Source: Dudresnaya verticillata (taxonomy: Eukaryota). From it: a stretch of 64,000 bases of DNA. The notes beneath the pieces were generated by a model, which was not told the DNA's origin, did no database searches, and was given only the letters and a program-made list of their open reading frames with translations. The stretch lies in contig OZ374564.1 in assembly GCA_977862235.1 (NCBI GenBank), positions 2,542,001 through 2,606,000 of the forward strand, read 5' to 3'. Position 1 is the stretch's first letter. Every line of letters starts with the position of its first letter. The position numbers were made by a program, and so were the translations under genes. Shown one piece after another: positions 1 through 10,404 of this stretch.

Positions 1-365
1 GTCGTGAAGTCGAGACCTTCTTCAATTCTTCCTTCGACAGGACATCAGCTCTTAGAAGGTTGGGACCCGCTCCAGAATCCAGTACGGACAATACCAGAGT
101 GATCTTTTCAGTTGACGTCCCGACGGAGGCAGCCACATTATAATTGTAGCCTGAAAACGCGCATACGTGATTCCTTCAATACTCTTCGAACGTACGCCCT
201 GGAGGGAGGACCATCGGGCGAGCTAATACCTTCTTGGGTAGAACAAGAGGCGTCTCGACCTCAGACCGTTCCGATGAACCGGGAGTTGGCAACTCGCCCA
301 GCGGGTTTCTACCCTCAGTTTTCGGCTGATCGGGGGGCTCCGGGGTGGAATCCCAGTCCCCCTAG
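1..365 (-). pseudogene. pol: Start of pol (aspartic protease) of element A, with an in-frame stop
   Basis: Minus strand reads NHVCAFSGYNYNVAASVGTSTEKITLVLSVLDSGAGPNLLRADVL, with a TGA shortly upstream in the same frame. Confidence 0.8.
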
Positions 366-2207
366 CTAGTTTTTTGGCTGTGACCCGGGCTTGCTAGCCG
401 GGGAACTTGGTAAAGGGGGTGGTGGAGGAAAGGCGCGTCCGCCCATGCGAGGTGATCTGGGAGAGTGAGGCCGCGGTCTGTCCATTGGGTGGTTCAATCT
501 CGCCTTAAAATTCACTTGGCGATTTTGGTGGAAATGATTTCCCAGCCTTTTGGCGTTGGGTGACCCTGTCCAGGTTGGAGAAGGTGACTCCTCGGCGAAA
601 TTAGGGGGACGGTCTACGACGGGGAGCCAGTCTTTTTGTTGCCGCGACAGCGCATAGAAATTCTGGCGCATCAGCGTGGCAAATTCCAAATCGTCCGTGC
701 GACCTAAGTGAGGGCAGTTGGGCTTCTTGTGGGCCACGCCAAAGCACTCAAAGCAAATATCGTTCGGGAGATCATCGACTGTTAGCAATCCAGGGCGCTG
801 TGCCTTGGGCGGTTTTGCCCATGCGGGGAGCCTCGGATTTTGGTTAGACAGAACCGCTTGAACTGCTTCATAGCGGCTTCTGTCCTCACTAGGCGCTCCA
901 GACCAAGCATCCGTAGGTGACACAGAGGATGAACCCGCGTCGCGCTCGAAGGCAGCAACTGCCTGCCCGTTGGAATTTGATTCACTACTCGAAGCGTCGC
1001 TATCCGAATAGGAGTGGGAAGGTACACAAGCGACCGGCTGCCCTTGTCGAACCAGAAGCGTTCGGCTCGACTTGGCAGCGGCGGCGCGAGTCGTCAGCTT
1101 CTTTCGGGGCAGCAGCCCGGAGGACTTCTCCTTCCTTCGACTGGCTCCGACGAGCGCGCGGTGGGAATCACCTTGGGCGGTGGCTAGCTCCACGTAATCC
1201 GTGAGTCGGGCCGTTGCAGGGTCCAGTGAGGTGGTACTCCGCAATGGCTTGACTGCGGGTAGCAACCCTCGGATGAACCGTGTGATGAGTTCCTGCTCCG
1301 AGTACACTCCGGCAACTCTTCGCGCGTTATTCTGGAGCCTCCTTGAGAATGATACCTCCTCCTCGTCGGGCTCCTGGGACATGCGGTTCATCTCAGCAGC
1401 TATGCGTTCGATGTACACGTCCTTCGTGAAGCTTTGCAGGAGGTAGTTCACTGCCTCCGGCCATTCGGTGAATCCCCCATTATCGTCGCCCGCGACGTCG
1501 AAGTTCGCCTCAAAGAGATCTTTGGCGTCCTTCTCGAGAAACTCCGGTATCACTAGGATCGCGGCTCCCTCGCTTACATGCGCTTGGTCTAATTGACACT
1601 TCAGCGTGGCTAGGAAGCCGATGATTGCTACCGGGTCACTACCATCGAAGAGTCGACTGCGCATCACGGACTTAATCCGCTTAATCTTTGAGGACGTCGA
1701 TTCCGTTACCGCGGGTCCCCGGTACGGGTCAAGGTTTAACAACCGGTATCGTCGATACGAAAGCACGTTAGCGAAAGCTGGGTTCCGTGGTACCAACTCC
1801 TTCAGGCCTGACCGGCGTGGTCCTATCCAAGAAGACCGTGGCTGGCTTCGGGAGTCCGCTCCGTATCCACCCTCCGGCTCGGCGGCACGATGCGAGGACA
1901 GCCGTTGCCGGTTGTCAGCTTGTCGGCCATGCGGCGTTACAGGTCGCGACCGACAATCTCGTGACGGGGAGCCGTCCCGATATCCATCTTGACTTCGTCC
2001 CATACATGGGTTATCGCCATGTCTGGCACTGCAGGGGAACGGACTGTGCTTGTCCGGCTGTCTAGGAGGATACATCTCCTCGCGATGGCACGGGCCGTCA
2101 CCCCTTCTTCCATCCCGATGCGGCGAAAGTCGGCGTCGGTCTCGCGTCCCGCACGGGACAGGAGACCGACGTCTCTGGATTTCTGGGGGTTCATCCCGTT
2201 CACGCAT
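366..2207 (-). CDS. gag: Gag of element A; N-terminal coiled-coil part probably continues in ORFs 1937-2338 and 2357-2896
   Basis: LSYRRYRL...FDGSDPVAIIGFL...EAVNYLL capsid-like block shared with the gags of B and D. Zinc knuckle CFECFGVAHKKPNC (CX2CX4HX4C). Confidence 0.85.
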   Translation of the reverse strand: MRERDEPPEIQRRRSPVPCGTRDRRRLSPHRDGRRGDGPCHREEMYPPRQPDKHSPFPCSARHGDNPCMGRSQDGYRDGSPSRDCRSRPVTPHGRQADNRQRLSSHRAAEPEGGYGADSRSQPRSSWIGPRRSGLKELVPRNPAFANVLSYRRYRLLNLDPYRGPAVTESTSSKIKRIKSVMRSRLFDGSDPVAIIGFLATLKCQLDQAHVSEGAAILVIPEFLEKDAKDLFEANFDVAGDDNGGFTEWPEAVNYLLQSFTKDVYIERIAAEMNRMSQEPDEEEVSFSRRLQNNARRVAGVYSEQELITRFIRGLLPAVKPLRSTTSLDPATARLTDYVELATAQGDSHRALVGASRRKEKSSGLLPRKKLTTRAAAAKSSRTLLVRQGQPVACVPSHSYSDSDASSSESNSNGQAVAAFERDAGSSSVSPTDAWSGAPSEDRSRYEAVQAVLSNQNPRLPAWAKPPKAQRPGLLTVDDLPNDICFECFGVAHKKPNCPHLGRTDDLEFATLMRQNFYALSRQQKDWLPVVDRPPNFAEESPSPTWTGSPNAKRLGNHFHQNRQVNFKARLNHPMDRPRPHSPRSPRMGGRAFPPPPPLPSSPASKPGSQPKN

Positions 2208-3434
2208 CTGACGCGAGCATCCAAGGTCGCGACTCTTCGCCTTTCTTCATCGAGTTCCTTACGGAGGAGCTCGATGGCTTCATTCTGTTCGGCGCACCGC
2301 CCGCCGTCTGCGTTATGATCAACGCCTGTTAATGTCACAAGGGCGTCGTTCCTCGACTAGTCAACTTCTCGGGAAAGCGTTCCCACAGTGTCGTGGAGTT
2401 CCTCGACACGCTCGACCAGCGAATTGACTCGAACGCGAAGCGTCGCGAGTCCTTCCTCTTGCCGGATGCCGGGGTTTCCAAGACGAATTCGAGACGTAAT
2501 CTCCTCTTGACATCTGGTCAGTACTTCCTCATTCTGGCCAACGGCCGACTCATCGATATAACGCTTGATTCTCGAGAGTGACTCGTCCACCTGGACTTCC
2601 AAAGCTGCTGCTAGCTCGGGACCGACTGTCCTTTCTATTCCATCTTGGATCATCCTTCCGATCTCTTGCTCCGTGAAGCACCGTTCTTCGGAAGAATTGG
2701 CCTTCGTCCGGATAGGCATCCCAATGTCCGGGGGGAGGATTGACTCAGTCGGAGTGAATCCTCGGGTATTTGCCGATGGTGGCAACATGCCCGTAGACGC
2801 ACGCGTTCTGGGATTGCGATCCATACTTTCACTCGAGACTTTCGTACTCGCTTCTACTCGAGGTGTAATGGTTGCAACCCGTTCTTCTTCGTTCAAGGCC
2901 TGGTCTCCGCCGGAGCCAGGAAATTATTCTTGAGCTATCCGAGCCGATAACTCCAGGTCTTCAGGGACGCCTCCCGCTTGGTCACGGGGAGGACGTCCCA
3001 GCGTACCCGATGAGGGGCTGCGAACTAAGGCGGTAGCTGCCGTAGTTGCACGGGTGGTCACCCCGGTCAACCGGACGGAAGATAGTCTCGCGGTTCGGCT
3101 GTTGGTGTGACAGCCTGTAAGGCTAGGTCGCGTGGTGTCGCCATTTGAGGTAGGCATGGCGCCTGAGTACACTTACTCGCCCGTTTTCGGCTTGATAGCT
3201 GCCCGTGGGAGTATACCGTTCCGGACGGACAGATGAACGAGCCGTAGCTTTCGGATGTGCCGATGAGGGCGGGGGACAGTTTCCCCCAGGCTTTCACTGT
3301 ACAGTCCGTACTTCTCTTGTTTTCCGTCTTGACCTTGACGCTTCTTGGGGAATCGTCCCGTGGTTGAAGCAGTTGAAACCAGAAAATTCGAAAAGATTGT
3401 AGCAGCAATGGAAGGGAACCGGCCTAGGAAACGA

Positions 3435-3452
3435 TTCTAGGTCGGGAGACCA
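3435..3452 (-). promoter_or_regulatory. Primer-binding site of element A (probably tRNA-Tyr)
   Basis: TGGTCTCCCGACCTAGAA lies 1 nt from the LTR end. The identical 18-mer follows the 5' LTRs of B and D. Confidence 0.85.
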
Positions 3453-3453
3453 C

Positions 3454-3935
3454 TGTAGCAGTATGGCACCGTCCAGGAACAGCAAAAAGCAGAAAAAGAC
3501 AGCTGTCCGGTATCACATGCTAATGGGTTGTAGCTCGAAGGAAGTTTGGTAGAGGCTTGAAAGGGGACAGGCCCTGATGTCCCAAAAGGGGGGGTGCGGA
3601 AGCACGGTAAAGACTCGGCGCGACTGACTGATGGAAAATATAGAGGTTGCGACCCGGTATTTCGTAGAGTACTTGTCGTACGATTTACAGGCCTTTACTG
3701 GGCGACCCCTGCAGGCTCGGAACGTCCAAACGACCAAAAGGTGAACACTTTCCGAACAACTCCGCTGAGCGTTAATTGAGGTCTAGAATTAGAGTTACTA
3801 AGGTTAGTAAAGTCAGTACCAAGTAAATAGGGGAATGAATCCCGGCACGAGGGCTTGGTGGCGGATACGCCGGTGCACAGGCCGGGGTCTCGGCTGCATT
3901 GTCGATACCCTGAGCGCGGGGACGCTCCTCGTGCA
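3454..3935 (-). repeat. 5' LTR of element A
   Basis: Ends ...TGCTACA next to the PBS and is homologous (inverted) to 3940-4507. Outer end approximate. Confidence 0.7.
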
Positions 3936-3939
3936 TGAG

Positions 3940-4507
3940 TAGGAGCGCGGGGGCGCGTCAGAAATCAGCCAATACAAGGAGTCCAATTGGCGTCACTATA
4001 ATGCCGTCAACCAGTCCCCCAACTGGAACGCATTCCCACCTTTAACTTGTACTGACTGTACTAACCTACGTAACTATAATCATAGACTAACATAGACCCC
4101 CTTTCGGGATGATAGACGTTTCGGCTGTCAAGACCTACTTATGGGCGCCGGAATAGCCGGCGCCCTCAGAATAAACGCTCAGCGGAGTTGTTCGGAAAGT
4201 GTTCACCTTTTGGTAGTTCGGACGCTCCGCGCCTGCAGGGGTCGCCCAGTAAAGGCCCGGAAATCGTACGACAAGTACTCTACAAACCACCGGGTCGAAA
4301 CCTCTATATGTTCCCTGAGTCGATCGCGCCAAGTCTTTACCGCGCTTCCGCAACCCCCCGTTCGGACCATCAGGGCCTGTCCCCTTTCAAGATTCTACCA
4401 AACCTCCTTCGAGCTACCTCTGGCACACTATCACCCATTAGCGTGTGATACCGAACAGCTGTCTTTTTCTGTTCTTTGCTGTTCCTGGCCGGTGCCGTAT
4501 TGCTACA
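3940..4507 (+). mobile_element. Solo LTR related to element A, head-to-head with its 5' LTR
   Basis: 4172-4507 is a diverged reverse complement of 3454-3775. It ends TGCTACA with no PBS after it. ATGAG at 3935-3939 and 4508-4512 is a possible TSD. Confidence 0.7.
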
Positions 4508-4658
4508 ATGAGGTGAGGTCGCCATTTAGACTGAAAGTTGTAGGTGACGAAGCAGCGCTATCTCTCTAACCTTGTGCTGATCGGAGCAAAACTTCTCCCT
4601 TGAAGTATCGTTTGGTTCCACTTGGTCTGTCGCTTGAATCAAGATGTTGCAACAGTAC

Positions 4659-5640
4659 TGTGGTATAGACGCTATCCGTGAAACGACTCCGTGGCCTGCG
4701 TGAAAATAATCGAGAAATACGAATTTCGAAATGACTCCGTGAATGTGCACGCCACGATGGCAAACGTATTGCAGTGCGCATACTGTGCGCGCGCCACGAT
4801 GGCATTCGCATTACAGCACGCACGTGATACGAAATCGCCGTGTGGTATAGACGCTATTCATGAAACGACTCCGTGGCCTACGTGAAAATAATCGAGAAAT
4901 ACGATTCTCGCCACGATGGCAAACGTATTACAGTGCGCATACTGTGCGCGCGCCACGATGCCATTCGCATTACAGCACGCACGTGATACGAAATCGCTGA
5001 CACCTCCGGAGGAATCCCGAGCCGACTTCGTGATCGCGCGCGCCACGATGGCATTCGCATTACAGTGCGCACCCGATACGAAATCGCTGACACCTTCGTG
5101 ACTTTCCCGTTGTTTCCCGCGCATAACGGCACTGGGGCCCACGAGACACGCCCACCTCCGTATGCATCGCTGGCGCACTTCACAACCGCCACCATACGTG
5201 AGGCGACCGTTCGTTCGCACCGAGGCCGTTACGAATCATTCGAGTACGAACCGTCTCCCGCGCTGACGTGAATTCGTGCTCACGTAGTATTACTTAGCCA
5301 GTCGTCTGGCACAACCTCCGAGGGTTTCCGGCAAGCGACTAGCGCCTGGACCTCGGAGTCTTTGGTAAACGCCTGTTTCTTCGAGTTCGGTGTCTTCGTC
5401 TTCGTGACCGCGGATACGGTCGAGCCTCGCTTTCGATAGCCCCGCGCACCCGGAGTCATCCCCGGTGATCGATCGCTCGAGTTCTCCCTTCCGGACACGA
5501 ATACGTTGACACCGTGGTCCTTCGTGTTGGTCGCTCCGCTCTACCACGCTACCACCCCTTTTCGTTTCTCCGTTAGGCTACGAGGCCATTCCTTACAGTG
5601 CGAGACTTCCCCGCGTCACCGTGGACTTCGTTATACCACA
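4659..5640 (+). mobile_element. Solo LTR of another family, with a tandem duplication of its first ~180 bp
   Basis: Termini TGTGGTATA...TATACCACA. 5-bp TSD AGTAC at 4654-4658 and 5641-5645. The start TGTGGTATAGACGCT recurs at 4841. Orientation is tentative. Confidence 0.85.
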
Positions 5641-5721
5641 AGTACACAAGCTTCTATGTACCCAGCTGTTACGGCGGTCGTGGAGGCTCTGTGCGACGGC
5701 CCCAGAGAGCCCCACGCATGT

Positions 5722-6322
5722 CTAGTGTCTATTCGACAAGTGGCCTCGCCTGAGGTCAAATGACCTCATATGAGTGGCCTCACCTGAGGTCAAATGACCT
5801 CATATGAGGCCACTTTTCGAACACTTCTGCAGCTTAAGAAAAGCACTAATTCCCCAACTTTTTTGTGCTATGTCGTAGAGAATTGAGTAGTGTTTCATCG
5901 CGGACTTGAACGAACGGGCATCACTGACGTACTACGCAGCTAGAGTAAAACGTGTGGAATAAGAGCCTTTTAGAACCCCCTTTTTAACGATTTTTCAAGG
6001 AAGAAGCCTATGTATCTTTTCGCTGGTCTTCCTACCCTCTATCAGACGTGCAAGCACTACAGCTTCCGAACAGAAATAAAGTTTCTACTTGTTGAGCTGC
6101 CATGCACTAGCTAAAGAGGGTTGGCCTAAGTCGGATTACACTACTTCTGAGCCCACTTTTCCGTACCTACATTCTCGTTCGTGTGTACTCCTTCTTTGGC
6201 CCGACATTTTCGATGGCAGGCGAAGAAAAAAATGTTTTAAATTGGATTAATGCATACGCCGGCCTCATTTGAGGCCAACTCTGGCCTCAGGTGAGGCAAA
6301 ACGCCGGTCGAATAGACACTAG
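5722..6322. mobile_element. MITE / non-autonomous TIR element (~600 bp)
   Basis: Perfect 16-bp inverted ends CTAGTGTCTATTCGAC (5722-5737) and GTCGAATAGACACTAG (6307-6322), possibly including a TA TSD. Subterminal palindromic GGCCTCACCTGAGG-type repeats at both ends; AT-rich non-coding interior. Confidence 0.8.
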
Positions 6323-6807
6323 CTGACGAGCCATATTGAGAACAGCAAGAAAAGCTCCAACAGCAGGTTTACGGTATGTTCGTCTATAATGTTCTATCCG
6401 GGACCAAAGGTGTTCCCCTCGCGACACTACACTAAGTATTGCAGTGTACCGGATACTAACCACACCCTTTCCCTTGCGCTTGTGCAATCGCAAGCAAGCG
6501 CAGTGCTCGCGACCCTTCAGTTTGTCAGTGCATATGGACGACTTGTGAATTCCTGGGTCTAGCGACGCGGTGGGCAACGCTGTTTTCTTGAATATGCTCA
6601 TCCCAACGCGTGTGAGAAGGTTGTAGGAGCTGACCTGAATGTGGAGCAATAGTCTCCAACTCAAACGGAAGGTGTTCCGTAAAGTTCAGGTTGAGACTTG
6701 AGACGTTCAGGTTGAGATCTGAAAAGTTCAGATCTCGGACGTAGAGTCCTGAGTTATTGCAGCGTGGCTCGAGTGCAAGCGGGAAGCTCGCAGCACGTTG
6801 GTAGAAG

Positions 6808-7718
6808 TGTGGTGCAAGGGGAGGCGAGCCCTTTTTCGCTGAAAGCGGGTCGACCAAATACGTCGACCGACGGAGAAATCGCCACCGGCGCTCACCACCG
6901 CCGTTGGCGCGCGAACACGTCATCGACGGCTCACTGGGGCGCGCGCGTACACTGCGCGCCGCGCGCCACGCGGGCACTGTACGGTGATGGCCCGACGTGG
7001 CGCCCCGGGGCACTGTAATACGGATCCAGATGGGATCCGGATCCGGTATCCAGATTGGGTATCCGGATCGCCTAAGCTGTAAGGTACGCGCCTGTAAGGC
7101 TGCGGGTATTCGCATTGCTGGCCCGATCCGGATGGGATCGGGATCGGACAAGTATCGGATTAGATCCAAGGCGCACGCTCTACAGTGCGCGCGCACGCAC
7201 GGCTGTAAGGCACACGCGTCCACGTGTGTGTGTAAGCACCCATACAGGGGGTTGCACGGCAACCTGTCAGGCGCGCGGCTGCATGCAACCGGTGATCTGT
7301 CAGACGCGCCTCGGGACGACACGTGTCCCGAGTTCCCGCGCTACGCATACGCACCGCCGCCGCCGCACCGCCGTACTATACTTAGGTAATCCGTCCCAGA
7401 CGTAACAGTAAACGCCCGGGCAAGCCGGCCTTGGTCCAGACTTCCTCGTTTCGCACGCGCGCATCCTACCGCTGCCTACGGCTAAGCGTCTACCTCCCGG
7501 TCTTCCACGTCTACCATCGTCCTTGACGTGTTCCCCTTTCTGTTTCCTTTTCCCTTCCTTCACACCTTCCGCCTCGGGCGTCTACAGTCCGCCCAAGGCG
7601 TGTTCCTTTGCTCTACCACCAAGTCTCCCACGGCGGGACCACCCCTCGCCAAGGGCGCAGCTACCCACCGAGCCCCGAACTGCTCGGCGGTCTATCGTCT
7701 TAGACGTTTTGCACCACA
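6808..7718 (+). repeat. 5' LTR of element B
   Basis: TGTGGTGCAA...TTGCACCACA; near-identical to 19195-20103. Confidence 0.97.
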
Positions 7719-7720
7719 TC

Positions 7721-7738
7721 TGGTCTCCCGACCTAGAA
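7721..7738 (+). promoter_or_regulatory. Primer-binding site of element B (probably tRNA-Tyr)
   Basis: TGGTCTCCCGACCTAGAA 2 nt after the LTR. Confidence 0.9.
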
Positions 7739-7845
7739 TTGTGCTACGTTTCAACGAGTTACTCCGTCGTGCGACGTCCGGCCCTTCGTCTCTAGACGAT
7801 TGTCGCTAATCGTCCACGACGTTCAAGCAACTCTACGATTGTATC

Positions 7846-10404
7846 ATGGCCTCACGACCGCCGCCGTCGCGAGGCCCAAGTTCAAGAAGACCGTCTTCGA
7901 CGCCTGGGAGTGTACCCGCGTCAGAACGGTCGCTACAGCGGATGACAACGAGGTCTGGGCGCCTCGTGAGCCCCGAGATCGCGTCGGCGTTCCCGACGCT
8001 ACCCCCGGGCCACGGCCACGCAGGCTCCCACGCGTCGCTCAACGGAGGAGCGTTACCTCCCTCGCCGACGCGCCACAACCCCGTCGTCTTCCGCACATCA
8101 GTCCCCGAGGGATCGGCCCTCCGCACCTACCGCTCCTATGTTGACTCGGCTGATACAGTACAAGCCGAGCAACAGGACGTCGTAGACGGAACACAAGCCG
8201 ACATCGTCGAGGGACAACCGGAACTTCCGGATCAACCAACCAACCACGTCAACGACGATCAAGGGCGCTCCGCGGAGCGCAACGTCGCTGACGAACCATT
8301 GACACAAGGGACATGTTGCCCCACTCCCCACGGCAGTGCCGGTTGTTCACCGGCTAAGCCGAAGTCGCCAAGTCAACGGGCGCAAGGGACGCCCGAACGG
8401 TCAAACCGCGAAAGCCAACCGCCAACGGCGTCACCCTCGGCCGTCCGCGTGAGTAACTTAACGATACCACGCGAACGGATCCGAGAGGTGTGCGTCTTAG
8501 AGGACGATGCGATGCTCGCTCGATTCGCCGGGTTGCTGAACGACAGTGTCGGAGGAATCGCAAGTCGTCTACAGACGTTGGAAGAGGATCGGAACGGCGC
8601 CCTACAAGGACTTCGATCCGACCTCGACCGTCTACTGACGAACCAAAACGCCCAAGCGTACACAACCACCGCCGGCAGTAACGGTTCATTCGCATTCCGA
8701 GCTTAGCTCACGCGAAAGCTTTCAGCGACTCGCGACTCGCTTAGAGCGTCTCGAAACCGCCAAGTGGCGCAATGGTCCACCGTCGGGTGACGAGAGCTCA
8801 TGCGAAGATCGTCACAGACGTAAGGATCGGAAGAAACGCCGACGCAAGCTGCGTCAGAGACGGAAGAAGAATCGTCATCGACGAGGGGACTCATCCTCGT
8901 CCTCTTCGGACTCGTCAAGTGACGGAGAGTCATCAGACTCTTCGTCTGAAGATGACGATTTTCCAACTCTCGGCAGTGCCGCAAGACCTCGCGGAAAGCG
9001 GTTCAAGGGGTTGAAGGAGATACGCCCCTCCAACCCCCTTTTCGATCAGTTATTATCTTACAGGACGTACCGTCTCAAAGACGTAGGGGAAAAACGCTCA
9101 GGACGCGATACGGGTAAGGTCAAGGACCATATCAAGCGTTTGGAGCTGACCATGAAGGACGCCGCCTTAAACGGCAGCGACCCCGTCATGGTCCTCGAGT
9201 TTCTGACGCGTTACGCGGATGAAGCCGATACGCTGGAGATGAGCGAAGCCCAAGCGTTCGTCGCGCTGCCGTACTTCTTGCGAAGTACGGCAGCCACGCA
9301 ATTACGCTCCGTCAAGTCGACATCTTCTCGCCATCGCGGTGGTGTGTCTTCGTATCCGGAGGCGGTACAGTACCTCCTCCGTACGTATGCTACGCCAGCG
9401 GCGATCAGGGACGCTGTCCTCGCCCTACGGTCGACTGCCCAAAAGCAAGGCGAGGACGAGACGACCTATGGGATGCGGCTAGCCGGTGCGTGTATTCGTT
9501 GCGGTAACGTATATCCCGATTGGGAAAGATGACGCTGTACATCGACGGGTTAGACCCGTCTATCAGGTCCCTGGTCGCTCGCTTCCGAGAAGAAACGCCA
9601 AGGGCGGAGTTGTCATTTGAGCGGCTGGTCCACTTCGCACAAGACGAAGGGGATGCCAACCGCGCACGACACGGCAGGGCCGGTTCCGCGTCAGCACGAC
9701 GTGACCTACTGACACCGGCTCAAGCCGTACGCACACCGCGATCCGCCATCGGCGATGCCCGAGGGGTACTGCGTCCACAGACGAGAGGCGCCAAGCCTGG
9801 AGCGCGCGCTATGATAGCGGATTCCTCCGTCGAGTTTCGAGACGTTAGTCGCCCTGTCGATGACATGGAAACACACGCCGAAGGCGATCTGTACTTGGCA
9901 GAAGAACAAGCGTCGGTGCCAACTTCGGCTCTATCGACGGACAGCTACGTCGATGACGAAGAAGAAAGGGATATGGACCCCGCTCTCGCCTTTGGGCGCT
10001 CGGTCGTACCAGCGCCACGCATCCCCTATTCCGAGTATGCTCCTCACGTCCACCGAGCGAGGCCCGGATGGCAGGACAGAGGTCCGTCCTGTCAAGACGC
10101 GCGTCGGCAGCTGGTATGCCACCAATGCTGCGCCCGCGGACACATCGCGCCGGACTGCTTCCTCCGCATGAGCGACTTCATGAAGTTTATTACCAACTAT
10201 GAAGGACTAACCGAAGCCGAGAAGGCTGGTGTCCCCGCTGATGCGTATGTACGTTGCAAGGAACGCGCGACCCGCGACGCTGCTCGCCGTGCTGCACGAC
10301 CACAATCGCCACGAGGCGGACCCATGCCGCACGCGGCAGAACGTGATCCGACGATGATCAATCGCTATGTAGCGCCACAACCACCGCCGCAGGCGAAAAA
10401 CTAA
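7846..10404 (+). pseudogene. gag: gag of element B, broken into several frames (7846-8706, 9011-9532, 9520-10404)
   Basis: LLSYRTYRL...GSDPVMVLEFL...YPEAVQYLL capsid block; knuckle CHQCCARGHIAPDC; frameshifts and stops between segments. Confidence 0.9.

Larger units (their letters stand above)
1..3935 (-). mobile_element. Ty3/Gypsy LTR retrotransposon A, 5' portion (5' LTR, PBS, gag, start of protease); continues beyond the left edge
   Basis: LTR end (plus-strand TGTAGCA at 3454) is followed on the minus strand by PBS TGGTCTCCCGACCTAGAA, a gag ORF with a CCHC knuckle, and the protease motif VLDSGAGPN (DSG at 71-79). The outer LTR boundary is approximate. Confidence 0.9.

Noticed and set aside
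3433..3452. tRNA-like sequence GATTCTAGGTCGGGAGACCA as a tRNA gene
   Set aside because: Only the 3' ~20 nt is present, adjacent to an LTR; it is a primer-binding site.
6525..7405. ORFs repeated at 6525-7405, 18939-19792 and 37382-38115 as a gene family
   Set aside because: They are chance GC-rich frames within copies of the same LTR and are broken in the solo LTR.
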